Source: Gammaproteobacteria bacterium
GTDB lineage: Bacteria > Pseudomonadota > Gammaproteobacteria > Arenicellales > Poriferihabitantaceae
Direction of reading: 5' to 3'
Length of the DNA stretch: 64,000 nucleotides
Assembly (NCBI GenBank): GCA_028817405.1
Contig: JAPPPS010000121.1
Coordinates: forward strand, 9,139 to 73,138
Below the pieces are notes generated by a model, which had not been told where the DNA came from, made no database searches, and saw only the letters and a program-made list of their open reading frames with translations. Below, piece after piece: positions 37,634 to 45,930 of the stretch. Position 1 is the first letter of the stretch. Every line of letters starts with the position of its first letter. Made by a program: the position numbers and the translations under genes.

Positions 37634-39261
37634 AACGGCGGCAGCACCTTGCCGGGGTTCAACACTTCATGCGGGTCCAGCGCGCGTTTGATTCGCCGGT
37701 ATAAATCCAACTCCACCGCGTCTTTGTAGCGCGCCATCTCCTCCAACTTGGTGATGCCGATGCCGTGCTCGGCGCTGAACGAGCCGCCGAGTTGGTGCGC
37801 GATTTCATGCACGATGCGGTTCATCGGCCGCCATTGTTTGAGGAACTGTTGTTTGTCCATGTCCGGCGGCTGCGAGATGTTGAAGTGAATGTTGCCGTCG
37901 CCCATGTGACCGTACGGATACGCGCGCGCGCCTGGCATGGCGTCGCCAACCGCGGCATGCACGCGGCGGATAAACTCCGGCACTTGCGCGACCGGCACCG
38001 ACACATCGTGCTTGATGCTGCCGCCTTCAAAGTTCTGCGCTTCGACGATGTTCTCGCGCAACAAAATCAAACGCTGCGCCTGGCTCTCGCTGTCGGCGAT
38101 GACCGCGTCTTCCAGCACACCGTCTTCCAGCGCGCGCGCCAAGCCGGCCTCCATCTCGTGCCGCAGGTTGCCGCCGCCGCCACTGTCACCGTCACCGTCA
38201 CCGTTACTGTTACTGTTACCGTCGCCGTCATCGGCGCTACTGTCGGCGACGATGAGCGCATACCAATCATGTTCGCCGCCGAGCGGGTCGGTCTGGCCCG
38301 CGATGTGTTTGACCGCGGATTGCACCGCGATGTTCGCCATCAACTCGAAGGTGCTGAGGCGCGCGCTGCTGGCCTCGCGCAGGCGGCCGAGCAACTCCAA
38401 CGCCGCGTCCGGATTCGCCAAACCGGCCACCACCACCACCCGGCATTTCGGCGCGGGGAAGAGTTTCAGCGTGGCCGCGGTGATGATGCCGAGCGTGCCT
38501 TCGGAGCCGATGAGGAGGTTTTTCAGGTCGTAGCCGGTGTTGTTTTTGCGCAAGGAATTCAAGCCGTCCCAGATGCGGCCGTCAGCCAGCACCGCCTGCA
38601 CGCCGAGCACCAAGTCGCGGGTGTTGCCGTAGCGCAAGACGTTGATGCCGCCGGCGTTGGTCGCCAAGTTGCCGCCGATTTGGCAACTGCCTTGCGCGCC
38701 GAGGCTCAATGGAAAAAACCGCCCGACTGCGGCCGCCGCGGCCTGTACATTGGCGAGAATGCAGCCGGCTTCCACGCGCATGGTGTCGTTCACCGGGTCG
38801 ACTTGCGAGATGCGGTTCATGCGCGCGAGGTTGAGGATGACTTGCGAGGCGCGCGCCACCGCCCCGCCCATCGCGCCGGTGTTGCCGCCCTGCGGCACGA
38901 TGCTGACCCCGGCCGCGGCGCAGCACTTGACCACCTCCGCGACTTGCGCGGCATCGGCCGGCAACACCACCGCGCGGCAGGCGCTGCTGTACCGGCCGCG
39001 CAACTCCTCGGTGTACGGCCGCAGTTTGTCGCCGCCGGTGACCAAGTGTTTGCCGCCGACGATGCGCGCTAGGCGGTCGAGTAAATTGGACGCTGCGGAC
39101 GCTGCCGCGGCCGACGTTCCCACGGTCGACGCGGCCGACGCGTCCACGGCGGATGCTCCCACGGCGGCCGCGGTCGCCTCCGCGGCCGATGCGGCGGAAT
39201 CGGTGGCGGCGGAATTGGCGGCGGCCGGCGCGGTCACCCCCGACGGCGAATTGGTTTGCAC
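37630..39261 (-). CDS. FAD-linked oxidase (GlcD / D-2-hydroxyacid dehydrogenase-like)
   Basis: VPQGGNTGAMGGAV and LIGSEGTLGIITAATLKLFP are FAD_binding_4-type blocks. The track start is GTG 39261, followed by an Ala/Ser-rich ~55-aa leader, so the true start is uncertain. Confidence 0.8.
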   Translation of the reverse strand: MQTNSPSGVTAPAAANSAATDSAASAAEATAAAVGASAVDASAASTVGTSAAAASAASNLLDRLARIVGGKHLVTGGDKLRPYTEELRGRYSSACRAVVLPADAAQVAEVVKCCAAAGVSIVPQGGNTGAMGGAVARASQVILNLARMNRISQVDPVNDTMRVEAGCILANVQAAAAAVGRFFPLSLGAQGSCQIGGNLATNAGGINVLRYGNTRDLVLGVQAVLADGRIWDGLNSLRKNNTGYDLKNLLIGSEGTLGIITAATLKLFPAPKCRVVVVAGLANPDAALELLGRLREASSARLSTFELMANIAVQSAVKHIAGQTDPLGGEHDWYALIVADSSADDGDGNSNSNGDGDGDSGGGGNLRHEMEAGLARALEDGVLEDAVIADSESQAQRLILLRENIVEAQNFEGGSIKHDVSVPVAQVPEFIRRVHAAVGDAMPGARAYPYGHMGDGNIHFNISQPPDMDKQQFLKQWRPMNRIVHEIAHQLGGSFSAEHGIGITKLEEMARYKDAVELDLYRRIKRALDPHEVLNPGKVLPPL

Positions 39262-39328
39262 GGTCTGTCCCGGTTGCTGAAACGCGGTGAAGTGCTACAA
39301 TAGTAACCCGCCCGCCACCCAATTGCGA

Positions 39329-39904
39329 ATGACCATGACCGAAAATAAACACGCCGAAGAGGCCGCGCAATACTACCGCTCGCTGATTCAATCCATCGGC
39401 GAAGACCCCGAGCGCGCCGGCCTGCGCGGCACACCGCTGCGCGCCGCCAAAGCGCTGCGCGACCTGACCCGCGGCTACCGCGAAAACTTGGACGACATCG
39501 TGGGCAGCGCCATCTTCGAATCCGACAACGACCAGATGGTGCTCATCAAAGACATCGAAGTGTATTCACTGTGCGAGCACCACATCCTGCCGTTCATCGG
39601 CAAATGCCACATCGCGTACTTGCCGGCCGGCAAAGTCCTCGGCCTGTCGAAGTTGGCGCGCATCACCGACATGTATTCGCGGCGGCTGCAGATTCAAGAA
39701 AACCTGACCGACCAAATCGCGGCCGCCATCGAGTCCACCACCGGCGCGCGCGGCGTCGGCGTCATCATCGAAGCCAAGCACATGTGCATGATGATGCGCG
39801 GCGCGCACAAACAAAACTCGGTGATGAAAACCTCGACCATGTTGGGCGGCTTCCGCGCCGACCACCGCACCCGCGCCGAGTTTTTAACCCTGGTCGGCGA
39901 CTAA
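39329..39904 (+). CDS. folE: GTP cyclohydrolase I
   Basis: Carries [13 protein letters not shown] and [11 protein letters not shown]. The first ATG is at 39329; the track ORF starts at GTG 39287. Confidence 0.9.
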   Translation: MTMTENKHAEEAAQYYRSLIQSIGEDPERAGLRGTPLRAAKALRDLTRGYRENLDDIVGSAIFESDNDQMVLIKDIEVYSLCEHHILPFIGKCHIAYLPAGKVLGLSKLARITDMYSRRLQIQENLTDQIAAAIESTTGARGVGVIIEAKHMCMMMRGAHKQNSVMKTSTMLGGFRADHRTRAEFLTLVGD

Positions 39905-39913
39905 GCGGCGTTT

Positions 39914-40033
39914 GCGAACGCGCGCCCGGCGCCCGGCATTTGAATCGTTTCGACCGTTTGAACCGTTGAACCGTTTAGCGAACGCGCCCCGCGTTTGAAT
40001 CGTTTCAACCGTTCAACCGTTCAACCGTTTGAA
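39914..40033. repeat. imperfect ~60-bp tandem duplication containing arrays of the 8-mer NAACCGTT
   Basis: GCGAACGCGC...TTTGAATCGTTTC...(GAACCGTT)x2 is followed by GCGAACGCGC...TTTGAATCGTTTC(AACCGTTC)x3. Confidence 0.85.
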
Positions 40034-40062
40034 TTAATGCGGCGACTTTGCCGGAACGCGAC

Positions 40063-40242
40063 ATGGCGCTTTGGGAACAACTGTTAGTCGGCGGCCTCGC
40101 GCTGTTGGTGTTGCTGTGGGTCCTGCCGGGACTCAAACCCATGTTGGCGGCAAGCAAAAAAGCCCCCAAAGACTGGCCCGGCCTCCTCATCCCCATCGCC
40201 GCCGTAATCGCATTCGTAATCTTTTTAGCCGCGACGATGTAA
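40063..40242 (+). CDS. small hypothetical membrane protein (59 aa, two hydrophobic segments)
   Basis: The sequence is MALWEQLLVGGLALLVLLWVLPGLKPMLAASKKAPKDWPGLLIPIAAVIAFVIFLAATM. It has a clean two-TM pattern but I know of no homology. Confidence 0.4.
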   Translation: MALWEQLLVGGLALLVLLWVLPGLKPMLAASKKAPKDWPGLLIPIAAVIAFVIFLAATM

Positions 40243-40293
40243 CCACCGTCGGCGACGGTCGAAGCCGCGAAGAACTCCATAAACCCCCGCCGC

Positions 40294-43125
40294 TTAAAAC
40301 TTCTTCCCAAACCGCAGCCACACCAATCTTTGCGTGGGCGCGTCGGGGTTGTGGCCGGGGTGGCGGGTGAGTTGTACGCCGAGCGATAAGTCGCCGCCGG
40401 CGATGGTGGATGGGGGGGCGCGCCAGGCGATTTCGGCTTCCAGGGCGCGGGCGCGCGGTTGCAGGTCGACCGCGATGTCGTCGTAGCGCACCACGCCGTA
40501 GCGGCTGCGCGCGGTGGCGAGGCGCAGTTGCGCGCGGCCGGATTCGGCGCGCAGCGGCTGGCTCAACCGCAAGCCCAACCAGTCGCCGCGGCGCAGCGCC
40601 GAGGCGCGCGCCAGGCCTAAGCTGAACGCCGAACTGCGCAAGCCGGACACGCCGCGCAGGATGCCCGGCGCGCGGTCCGGCCCGGTGCGGGTTTGCCCGA
40701 CATAACCCGCGGCCTGCGCGCGCCAGTGGCGGCCGGCGCGCCACGCCAAGCCCGCGCCGGCGAACAGCGTCTCGCCGCGCGCCGCGCCGACCGCGCCGCG
40801 GCCGCGCGCGCCGAGGAAGCCCTCGGCCTCGCGCACCAGCCCGGCCTGCAGGCGCAACGCGCCGCGGCCGGAGGCGTAAGCGTGCGGAGCGAAGTTGAAC
40901 GCCACCGCGCTGCCGCGCCGCCAGTCGTCCGCGCCGCCGTCGGCAACCGCCGCGCCGCGCATCACCGCCAGGCCGAATCGCCCGCGGCCCGCGGCCGCGG
41001 AAAACCCGCCGCCGAAGCCGTGCCGCACCAGCGAAAAATACGGCGCGGCGAACGCATGCGGCGCGAGGAAGGCCGGCGCGGCAACGCCATCGCCATCGCC
41101 AAAACCGCCGCCGCCGAGCCCGTGCCGGCCGCCGCCGAATCCGCCGCCGGCAAAACCGGCGCGGCCCGCGCGCACCGTGCCATCGTCGCCAAATCCATCA
41201 CCGTCGCCGAAATCGCCGAAAACCCCGAATCCGCCGTCCAACCCCGCCCCGCTGTTGTATTTTGGCGCGAACCACCACCGCCGCCCCTGGCCGTCCCCCG
41301 CGCGCAGCAGCATCGCATCGGCGGTCGCGGCCGCCTCCGCCGCCGCCAATTCCGCGCCGGCCGCGGCCGGCGCGGGCGCGTGTACCAATTGGTCCGCGGT
41401 GAAGAAAAACGGCGAATCGAGCGCATCGAACAACACCAGCGGCGTATCGCGCAACGCGTGCGACACGGCGTCGCCAAACGCGCCGCGGGGAATCTCCAAC
41501 GCGGTCGATTCTGCCGCCACCCGCCGGCCGTCCGCGGTCGATGCCATCAGCATCCCCGCCGGCCGCGTGGCCGCGTCCAGGTCGAGCAGGCCGTGGCCGT
41601 AGGTGTCGGAGTCGGCGTAGATGCCGGTGCGGTCGGCGGTGGCCAAAAGCCGAGTTACCAATTCCGTGTTGCCGAGGGCCGGCTCGCCGGCCATCGGGGA
41701 GCCGGGCGGATTGCGGAAGAATTGACGCATCACGGCGAGCGCGCCGGTGACCATCGGCGCGGCGAAGGATGTGCCTCCTTGGACCTGGAAACGGCTTTCG
41801 CAGGATAAATCGCCGAGGGAACTGACGGAGCAATCGCCGCGCCGCGCCACCCACATAGTGCCGCCGGGCGCGGCCAAGCAGAATCCTTTGGCGGTGCCGC
41901 AACGGTTGGAAAAACTGGCGATGCTCCCTTGCTGGTCCACCGCGACCACGGCAAGCACATGACCTTGCAACTCCGGGAAATGCACGCCGAGGGCGGTTTC
42001 CAGGGTCGGCGAAGTGGCGTCAATCGCTCCGCCCGCTTCAAATTCGCCGGGGTCCAGTCGACCGTTGCCGTTTCGGTCGATGTCGTATCGGTCGCCATAT
42101 TCATTGCCGGCTGACCACACGATGATGGTGCGGTCAGCGGCGTCACGGTGGGCTTGTGCGAACAGCGCGGCGGTGCGGTCGCGGTTGGCGCGCACATCGG
42201 CGCGGGTGTAGGAGTCGACACCGTGGGGGCGGCCAAAACTGAAGTTGATGACGAATCCCCACGGGTTGTTGCGGTCGTAGCCGCTGCCGCCGGCGTTGGG
42301 GCGGTAGATGAGGCGTTCATAAAACTCGACGTTGTCGTCGTCGCCTTGGTCGGTGAGGTCGCGCGGGCCGGTGTTCGGCACAGTGCCGCCGCCGGCGCCC
42401 AAGCGCACGCGCAGGCCGATGATGTTGGCGTCAAAGGCGACGCCGCTGGTGGTGGTGTCGCCGTTGCCGCGGCGACCGGCGGCGATGGCCGCGGTGCCGG
42501 TACCGTGGTCGTCGCTGCAGGTGCGGCTGGCCAGTTCTTGCGGGGTGCATGGCGTGCCGAAAGTGGCGCCGAGGGTGAACTTGTCGGCGCGCCCGCCGAA
42601 CTCGCTATGCCCGATAAAAAAGCCGCTGTCGGCGAACACCACGGTCTCGCCGGCGCCGGTCGCACCGCGCGCCCAAGCGTGGGATGTGTGGACTAACGCG
42701 TGGCGACGGTCGCCGCCGACGATTCTCCGCATAGAATCACGGTAGTCCAAGTTGTATTCGGTCAACTCATACAACCGCCGGTTCGCCATGAACGCCGCGC
42801 TTTCCGTGGGGTGGGTGAAAGCGAACGGGTCGCCGGGGTCGGTGTCGACCGCGGTGCGGGGAAAGGGCGGCGGAGTAGGCGTCGGCGCGGGCGGGGGTGC
42901 CGGGGGAGGGGCCGGCGGCGGCATCGGTGCGGGCGGTGGTGCCGGTGGCGGCGCGGGCGGCGGTGTCGGGTCTGGCATGGTCCCCGGTACCGATGGCGTG
43001 GGCGGCGCGGGCGTGGCTGTCACTTCTTCATTATTCGTAGTCGCCGGCCCACCGCCCCCCCCGCCGCCGCCCCCGCCACAACCGGCGAGCAGCAAAACCG
43101 CGGCGATGGTCAGGAACAGCCTCAT
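40294..43125 (-). CDS. lipoprotein S8 (subtilisin-family) serine protease with C-terminal autotransporter-like beta-domain
   Basis: The start is ATG 43123-43125 and the lipobox is LLLAGC. A G10 run and a Pro/Ala linker follow. The catalytic triad blocks are VVFADSG, DDHGTGTA and GGTSFAAPMVTG. The C-terminus ends in LVWLRFGKKF, an OMP-type terminal Phe. Confidence 0.8.
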   Translation of the reverse strand: MRLFLTIAAVLLLAGCGGGGGGGGGGPATTNNEEVTATPAPPTPSVPGTMPDPTPPPAPPPAPPPAPMPPPAPPPAPPPAPTPTPPPFPRTAVDTDPGDPFAFTHPTESAAFMANRRLYELTEYNLDYRDSMRRIVGGDRRHALVHTSHAWARGATGAGETVVFADSGFFIGHSEFGGRADKFTLGATFGTPCTPQELASRTCSDDHGTGTAAIAAGRRGNGDTTTSGVAFDANIIGLRVRLGAGGGTVPNTGPRDLTDQGDDDNVEFYERLIYRPNAGGSGYDRNNPWGFVINFSFGRPHGVDSYTRADVRANRDRTAALFAQAHRDAADRTIIVWSAGNEYGDRYDIDRNGNGRLDPGEFEAGGAIDATSPTLETALGVHFPELQGHVLAVVAVDQQGSIASFSNRCGTAKGFCLAAPGGTMWVARRGDCSVSSLGDLSCESRFQVQGGTSFAAPMVTGALAVMRQFFRNPPGSPMAGEPALGNTELVTRLLATADRTGIYADSDTYGHGLLDLDAATRPAGMLMASTADGRRVAAESTALEIPRGAFGDAVSHALRDTPLVLFDALDSPFFFTADQLVHAPAPAAAGAELAAAEAAATADAMLLRAGDGQGRRWWFAPKYNSGAGLDGGFGVFGDFGDGDGFGDDGTVRAGRAGFAGGGFGGGRHGLGGGGFGDGDGVAAPAFLAPHAFAAPYFSLVRHGFGGGFSAAAGRGRFGLAVMRGAAVADGGADDWRRGSAVAFNFAPHAYASGRGALRLQAGLVREAEGFLGARGRGAVGAARGETLFAGAGLAWRAGRHWRAQAAGYVGQTRTGPDRAPGILRGVSGLRSSAFSLGLARASALRRGDWLGLRLSQPLRAESGRAQLRLATARSRYGVVRYDDIAVDLQPRARALEAEIAWRAPPSTIAGGDLSLGVQLTRHPGHNPDAPTQRLVWLRFGKKF
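43055..43062 (-). repeat. homopolymeric G8 (C8 on the top strand) inside the 5' coding region of the S8 autotransporter
   Basis: Read directly. It lies 16-23 nt downstream of the lipobox Cys codon (43078-43080). Confidence 0.9.
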
Positions 43126-43327
43126 CGCCGATAATTTACCCCACCGCCGCCGCCGTGTTAACCCTCCCGGCCCCAATTCGCCGCCGGCCTCGCCCGGCAA
43201 AAAACGCTACCATCGCGCGCCGCCGTTGCCGGGGAAACCGGGGAAACCGCGCCCCCGCCGCCGAATACCGGTTATCATCGCCGCATCTCGCACCGCAGAA
43301 AGAATCGAAATTTCCTGTTTTTTTTTC

Positions 43328-43356
43328 TTGCATTCCCGATTTTCTTCCCCTATAAT
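43328..43356 (+). promoter_or_regulatory. sigma-70-type promoter upstream of the intron-containing tRNA-Thr
   Basis: TTGCAT (43328-43333), a 17-nt spacer and TATAAT (43351-43356). A T9 run lies just upstream (43318-43326), and a GC-rich discriminator (CCGCCGCCC) lies downstream. Confidence 0.6.
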
Positions 43357-43467
43357 CCGCCGCCCTGTTTTCCGTTGGCGTTGGCGCGCTTGTTGTGGGC
43401 GCGGTGGCGGGGCGGGGATGGGGGGCGCAAACCTTTGTAATTCAAGGCGATTTCGAATGTCCGACAG

Positions 43468-43821
43468 GCCCGCATAGCTCAGATGGGGAGAGCAACTGAT
43501 TTGTGAGTGATTGCACCTTCGCGGGGAAACCCGCGGAGTGGAGGTGGCTAAAACGGGGAAACCTGACCTGCACGGCCCGCGGCGCGCCAAGCGCGAGCGG
43601 CGCGGCCGGCGGATGGCAATCCCGTGCTACCCCGCCCGGCAGCGGCGCGGGGGAGTGTAGAGACTTTACACCACCCGCCTAACCCGTGCCGCGCGCGACA
43701 CCGCCCGCGGCCGGCACGGCGAAGAGAAAGTCCGGACCCCAAACCCCGCGCGCGGGGGCCGTGAAAACGGTGGCGGGTGCGAATCAGTAGGTCGTGGGTT
43801 CGAGTCCCTCTGCGGGCTCCA
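43468..43821 (+). tRNA. thrU: tRNA-Thr(UGU) interrupted by a 277-nt intron after anticodon position 36 (exons 43468-43504 and 43782-43821, CCA encoded)
   Basis: The joined exons give GCCCGCA-TA-GCTC-AGATGGGGA-GAGC-A-ACTGA-TTTGTAA-TCAGT-AGGTC-GTGGG-TTCGAGT-CCCTC-TGCGGGC-T-CCA. The anticodon arm is identical to that of tRNA-Thr(CGU) at 58516-58591 except for the first anticodon base. The T stem has one U-U mismatch. Confidence 0.85.
43505..43781 (+). ncRNA. group I intron (IC3-like, no internal ORF)
   Basis: The insert follows U36 and ends in G (43781). GCA (43513-43515) pairs with exon UGU (P1, G-U at the splice site). GAUU (43509-43512) pairs with the 3' exon AAUC (P10). A GAAA-capped hairpin spans 43517-43538. 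The blocks AUGGCAA (43613-43619), GUGUAGAGACU (43655-43665) and CACCCGCCUAA (43672-43682) resemble the Azoarcus tRNA-Ile intron as I remember it. Confidence 0.8.
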
Positions 43822-44013
43822 TTTGCGGCGGCGACGGTTCCGGGCAGCCGGGCGGCGAATGATGCGGTGGCGGGCGCGGCGAAGGCGGCGCACGCTGGAA
43901 TCGCCGGGGTCGCCGGGGTCGCCGAAATCGCCGGCGCGCCGAAATCGACGGTGTCGCCGCGCGCCGAAATCGCCGGGTCGCCGGCGCTCCGAAGTCGAGT
44001 TCATGCCGAATGT

Positions 44014-44042
44014 TTGACAGCAAACTGAAATGATGCGAAAAT
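44014..44042 (+). promoter_or_regulatory. possible second sigma-70-type promoter ahead of tRNA-Tyr
   Basis: TTGACA (44014-44019), a 17-nt spacer and GAAAAT (44037-44042). Confidence 0.4.
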
Positions 44043-44086
44043 CCGCCGTTTACGCTGTTTCCACCGTCGCCGCCGCGATTTACGCC

Positions 44087-44171
44087 GGAGGGGTTCCCGA
44101 GCGGTCAAAGGGGGCAGACTGTAAATCTGCTGGCTCAGCCTTCGGAGGTTCGAATCCTCCCCCCTCCACCA
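44087..44171 (+). tRNA. tyrU: tRNA-Tyr(GUA), long variable arm, CCA encoded
   Basis: GGAGGGGTTCCCGAGCGGTCAAAGGGGGCAGACTGTAAATCTGC...GGAGGTTCGAATCCTCCCCCCTCCACCA. Confidence 0.9.
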
Positions 44172-44213
44172 GGGGCGCGCCGGCCGGTCGCGGTCGCGGT
44201 CGCGCTCGAATAG

Positions 44214-44285
44214 GCGGGTGTAGTTCAACGGTTAGAATCTCAGCCTTCCACGCTGATGATGTGGGTTCGACTCCCATCACCCGCT
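44214..44285 (+). tRNA. glyT: tRNA-Gly(UCC)
   Basis: GCGGGTGTAGTTCAACGGTTAGAATCTCAGCCTTCCACGCTGATGATGTGGGTTCGACTCCCATCACCCGCT is followed by CCG, so CCA is not fully encoded. Confidence 0.9.
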
Positions 44286-44326
44286 CCGCGGGCTTGGAAG
44301 GCCGGCGCAAGCGATACATGCCGCGC

Positions 44327-44402
<76 letters not shown>

Positions 44403-44496
44403 GCCGCGGTCTCGACGGCCGGCGGCGAGCGGTTTTCATGGGCGGCGCGCAAGCGGGCCGCCCGGTTCAGTAAATCTTTTTTACCGAGAGCAGACG

Positions 44497-45687
44497 ATGT
44501 CCAAAGCCAAATTTGAGCGAACCAAGCCGCATGTGAATGTGGGGACGATTGGTCATGTGGACCATGGCAAGACCACTTTGACGGCGGCCATGACGCGGGT
44601 GTTGTCGTCGAAGTTTGGCGGCGAGGTCAAGGCGTTTGACGAGATTGACAACGCCCCCGAGGAGCGCGAGCGCGGGATTACGATTGCGACGGCGCATGTC
44701 GAGTATGAGACCGCGGCGCGGCATTATGCGCATGTGGATTGTCCGGGCCACGCCGATTATGTGAAGAACATGATTACCGGCGCGGCGCAGATGGACGGCG
44801 CGATTTTGGTTGTCTCCGCGGCCGATGGTCCGATGCCGCAGACGCGCGAGCATATTTTGCTGGCGCGGCAGGTGGGGGTGCCGCACATGGTGGTGTATTT
44901 GAACAAAGCCGACATGGTGGACGACGCCGAGTTGCTGGAGTTGGTGGAGATGGAAGTGCGCGAGTTGCTGGACAAGTATGAGTTTCCCGGCGATGCGACG
45001 CCGATTATCACCGGCAGCGCGTTGAAGGCGTTGGAGGGCGATGCGTCCGACATGGGCGAGGGTTCCATCATCAAACTGGCCGAGGCGTTGGACAGTTATA
45101 TCCCCGAGCCGGAGCGCGCGGTGGACGGTGATTTCTTGATGCCGGTGGAGGATGTGTTTTCGATTTCCGGTCGCGGCACCGTGGTCACCGGCCGCATCGA
45201 GCGTGGCGTGGTGAAGGTGGGTGAGGAGTTGGCGGTGGTCGGCATTCGCCAGACCGACAACACGATTTGCACCGGCGTGGAGATGTTTCGCAAGTTGTTG
45301 GACGAGGGTCGGGCCGGCGACAATGTTGGGATTTTGTTGCGCGGCACCAAGCGCGACCAGGTGGAGCGCGGTCAGGTGTTGGCGAAGCCCGGCAGCATTA
45401 CGCCGCATACGAAGTTTGAGGCCGAGGTGTATATCCTCAACAAGGACGAGGGCGGTCGGCATACGCCGTTTTTCAATGGTTATCGGCCGCAGTTTTATTT
45501 TCGCACCACGGATGTCACCGGTGCGGTGGAGTTGCCGAAGTCGGTGGAGATGGTGATGCCCGGCGACAATGTGAGCATGTCGGCGGAGTTGATTGCGCCG
45601 ATTGCGATGGAGGACGGTTTGCGTTTTGCGATTCGCGAAGGCGGCCGCACCGTCGGCGCCGGCGTGGTTTCCAAAATCCTCGCGTGA
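44497..45687 (+). CDS. tuf: elongation factor Tu
   Basis: [31 protein letters not shown]...; full-length at 396 aa. Confidence 0.98.
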   Translation: MSKAKFERTKPHVNVGTIGHVDHGKTTLTAAMTRVLSSKFGGEVKAFDEIDNAPEERERGITIATAHVEYETAARHYAHVDCPGHADYVKNMITGAAQMDGAILVVSAADGPMPQTREHILLARQVGVPHMVVYLNKADMVDDAELLELVEMEVRELLDKYEFPGDATPIITGSALKALEGDASDMGEGSIIKLAEALDSYIPEPERAVDGDFLMPVEDVFSISGRGTVVTGRIERGVVKVGEELAVVGIRQTDNTICTGVEMFRKLLDEGRAGDNVGILLRGTKRDQVERGQVLAKPGSITPHTKFEAEVYILNKDEGGRHTPFFNGYRPQFYFRTTDVTGAVELPKSVEMVMPGDNVSMSAELIAPIAMEDGLRFAIREGGRTVGAGVVSKILA

Positions 45688-45766
45688 ACGGGAACGGCGG
45701 CGGCAAACCACAACCGGGCGCAACCGATACGCAACACGGCGACGCAACCAACGCGGGCTTAACTCC

Positions 45767-45842
<76 letters not shown>

Positions 45843-45930
45843 GCCTACACCGATAGCGCCAAGCCACAGAGATTTCGCAGCAATCGACAAACTCAAACTC
45901 ATCCTCGCCGGGCTCATCGTCGCGGCGGCC

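Noticed and set aside
40693-41808. 371-aa plus-strand ORF and other long ORFs overlapping the S8 protease gene
   Set aside because: They are antisense or alternative-frame shadows. Only the minus-strand frame gives the lipobox, the Asp/His/Ser triad motifs and an OMP-type C-terminus.
42880-42960. (CCGCCGGCGCC-like) Pro/Ala-coding repeats near the 5' end of the S8 protease gene, considered as a separate repeat element
   Set aside because: They translate to a PPPAPPPAPPPA linker directly after the lipoprotein signal. This is an ordinary low-complexity tether, not an independent element.
43505-43781. Structured GC-rich RNA between tRNA-like ends, considered as a tmRNA or an independent sRNA
   Set aside because: There is no tag-peptide ORF or resume codon context. 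The flanking halves assemble into a complete tRNA-Thr, and the insert shows group I P1/P10 pairing and core blocks. It is therefore called a group I intron instead.
44467-45747. 426-aa minus-strand ORF covering tuf
   Set aside because: It is antisense to an unmistakable EF-Tu gene, with His/Arg/Leu-rich nonsense composition.
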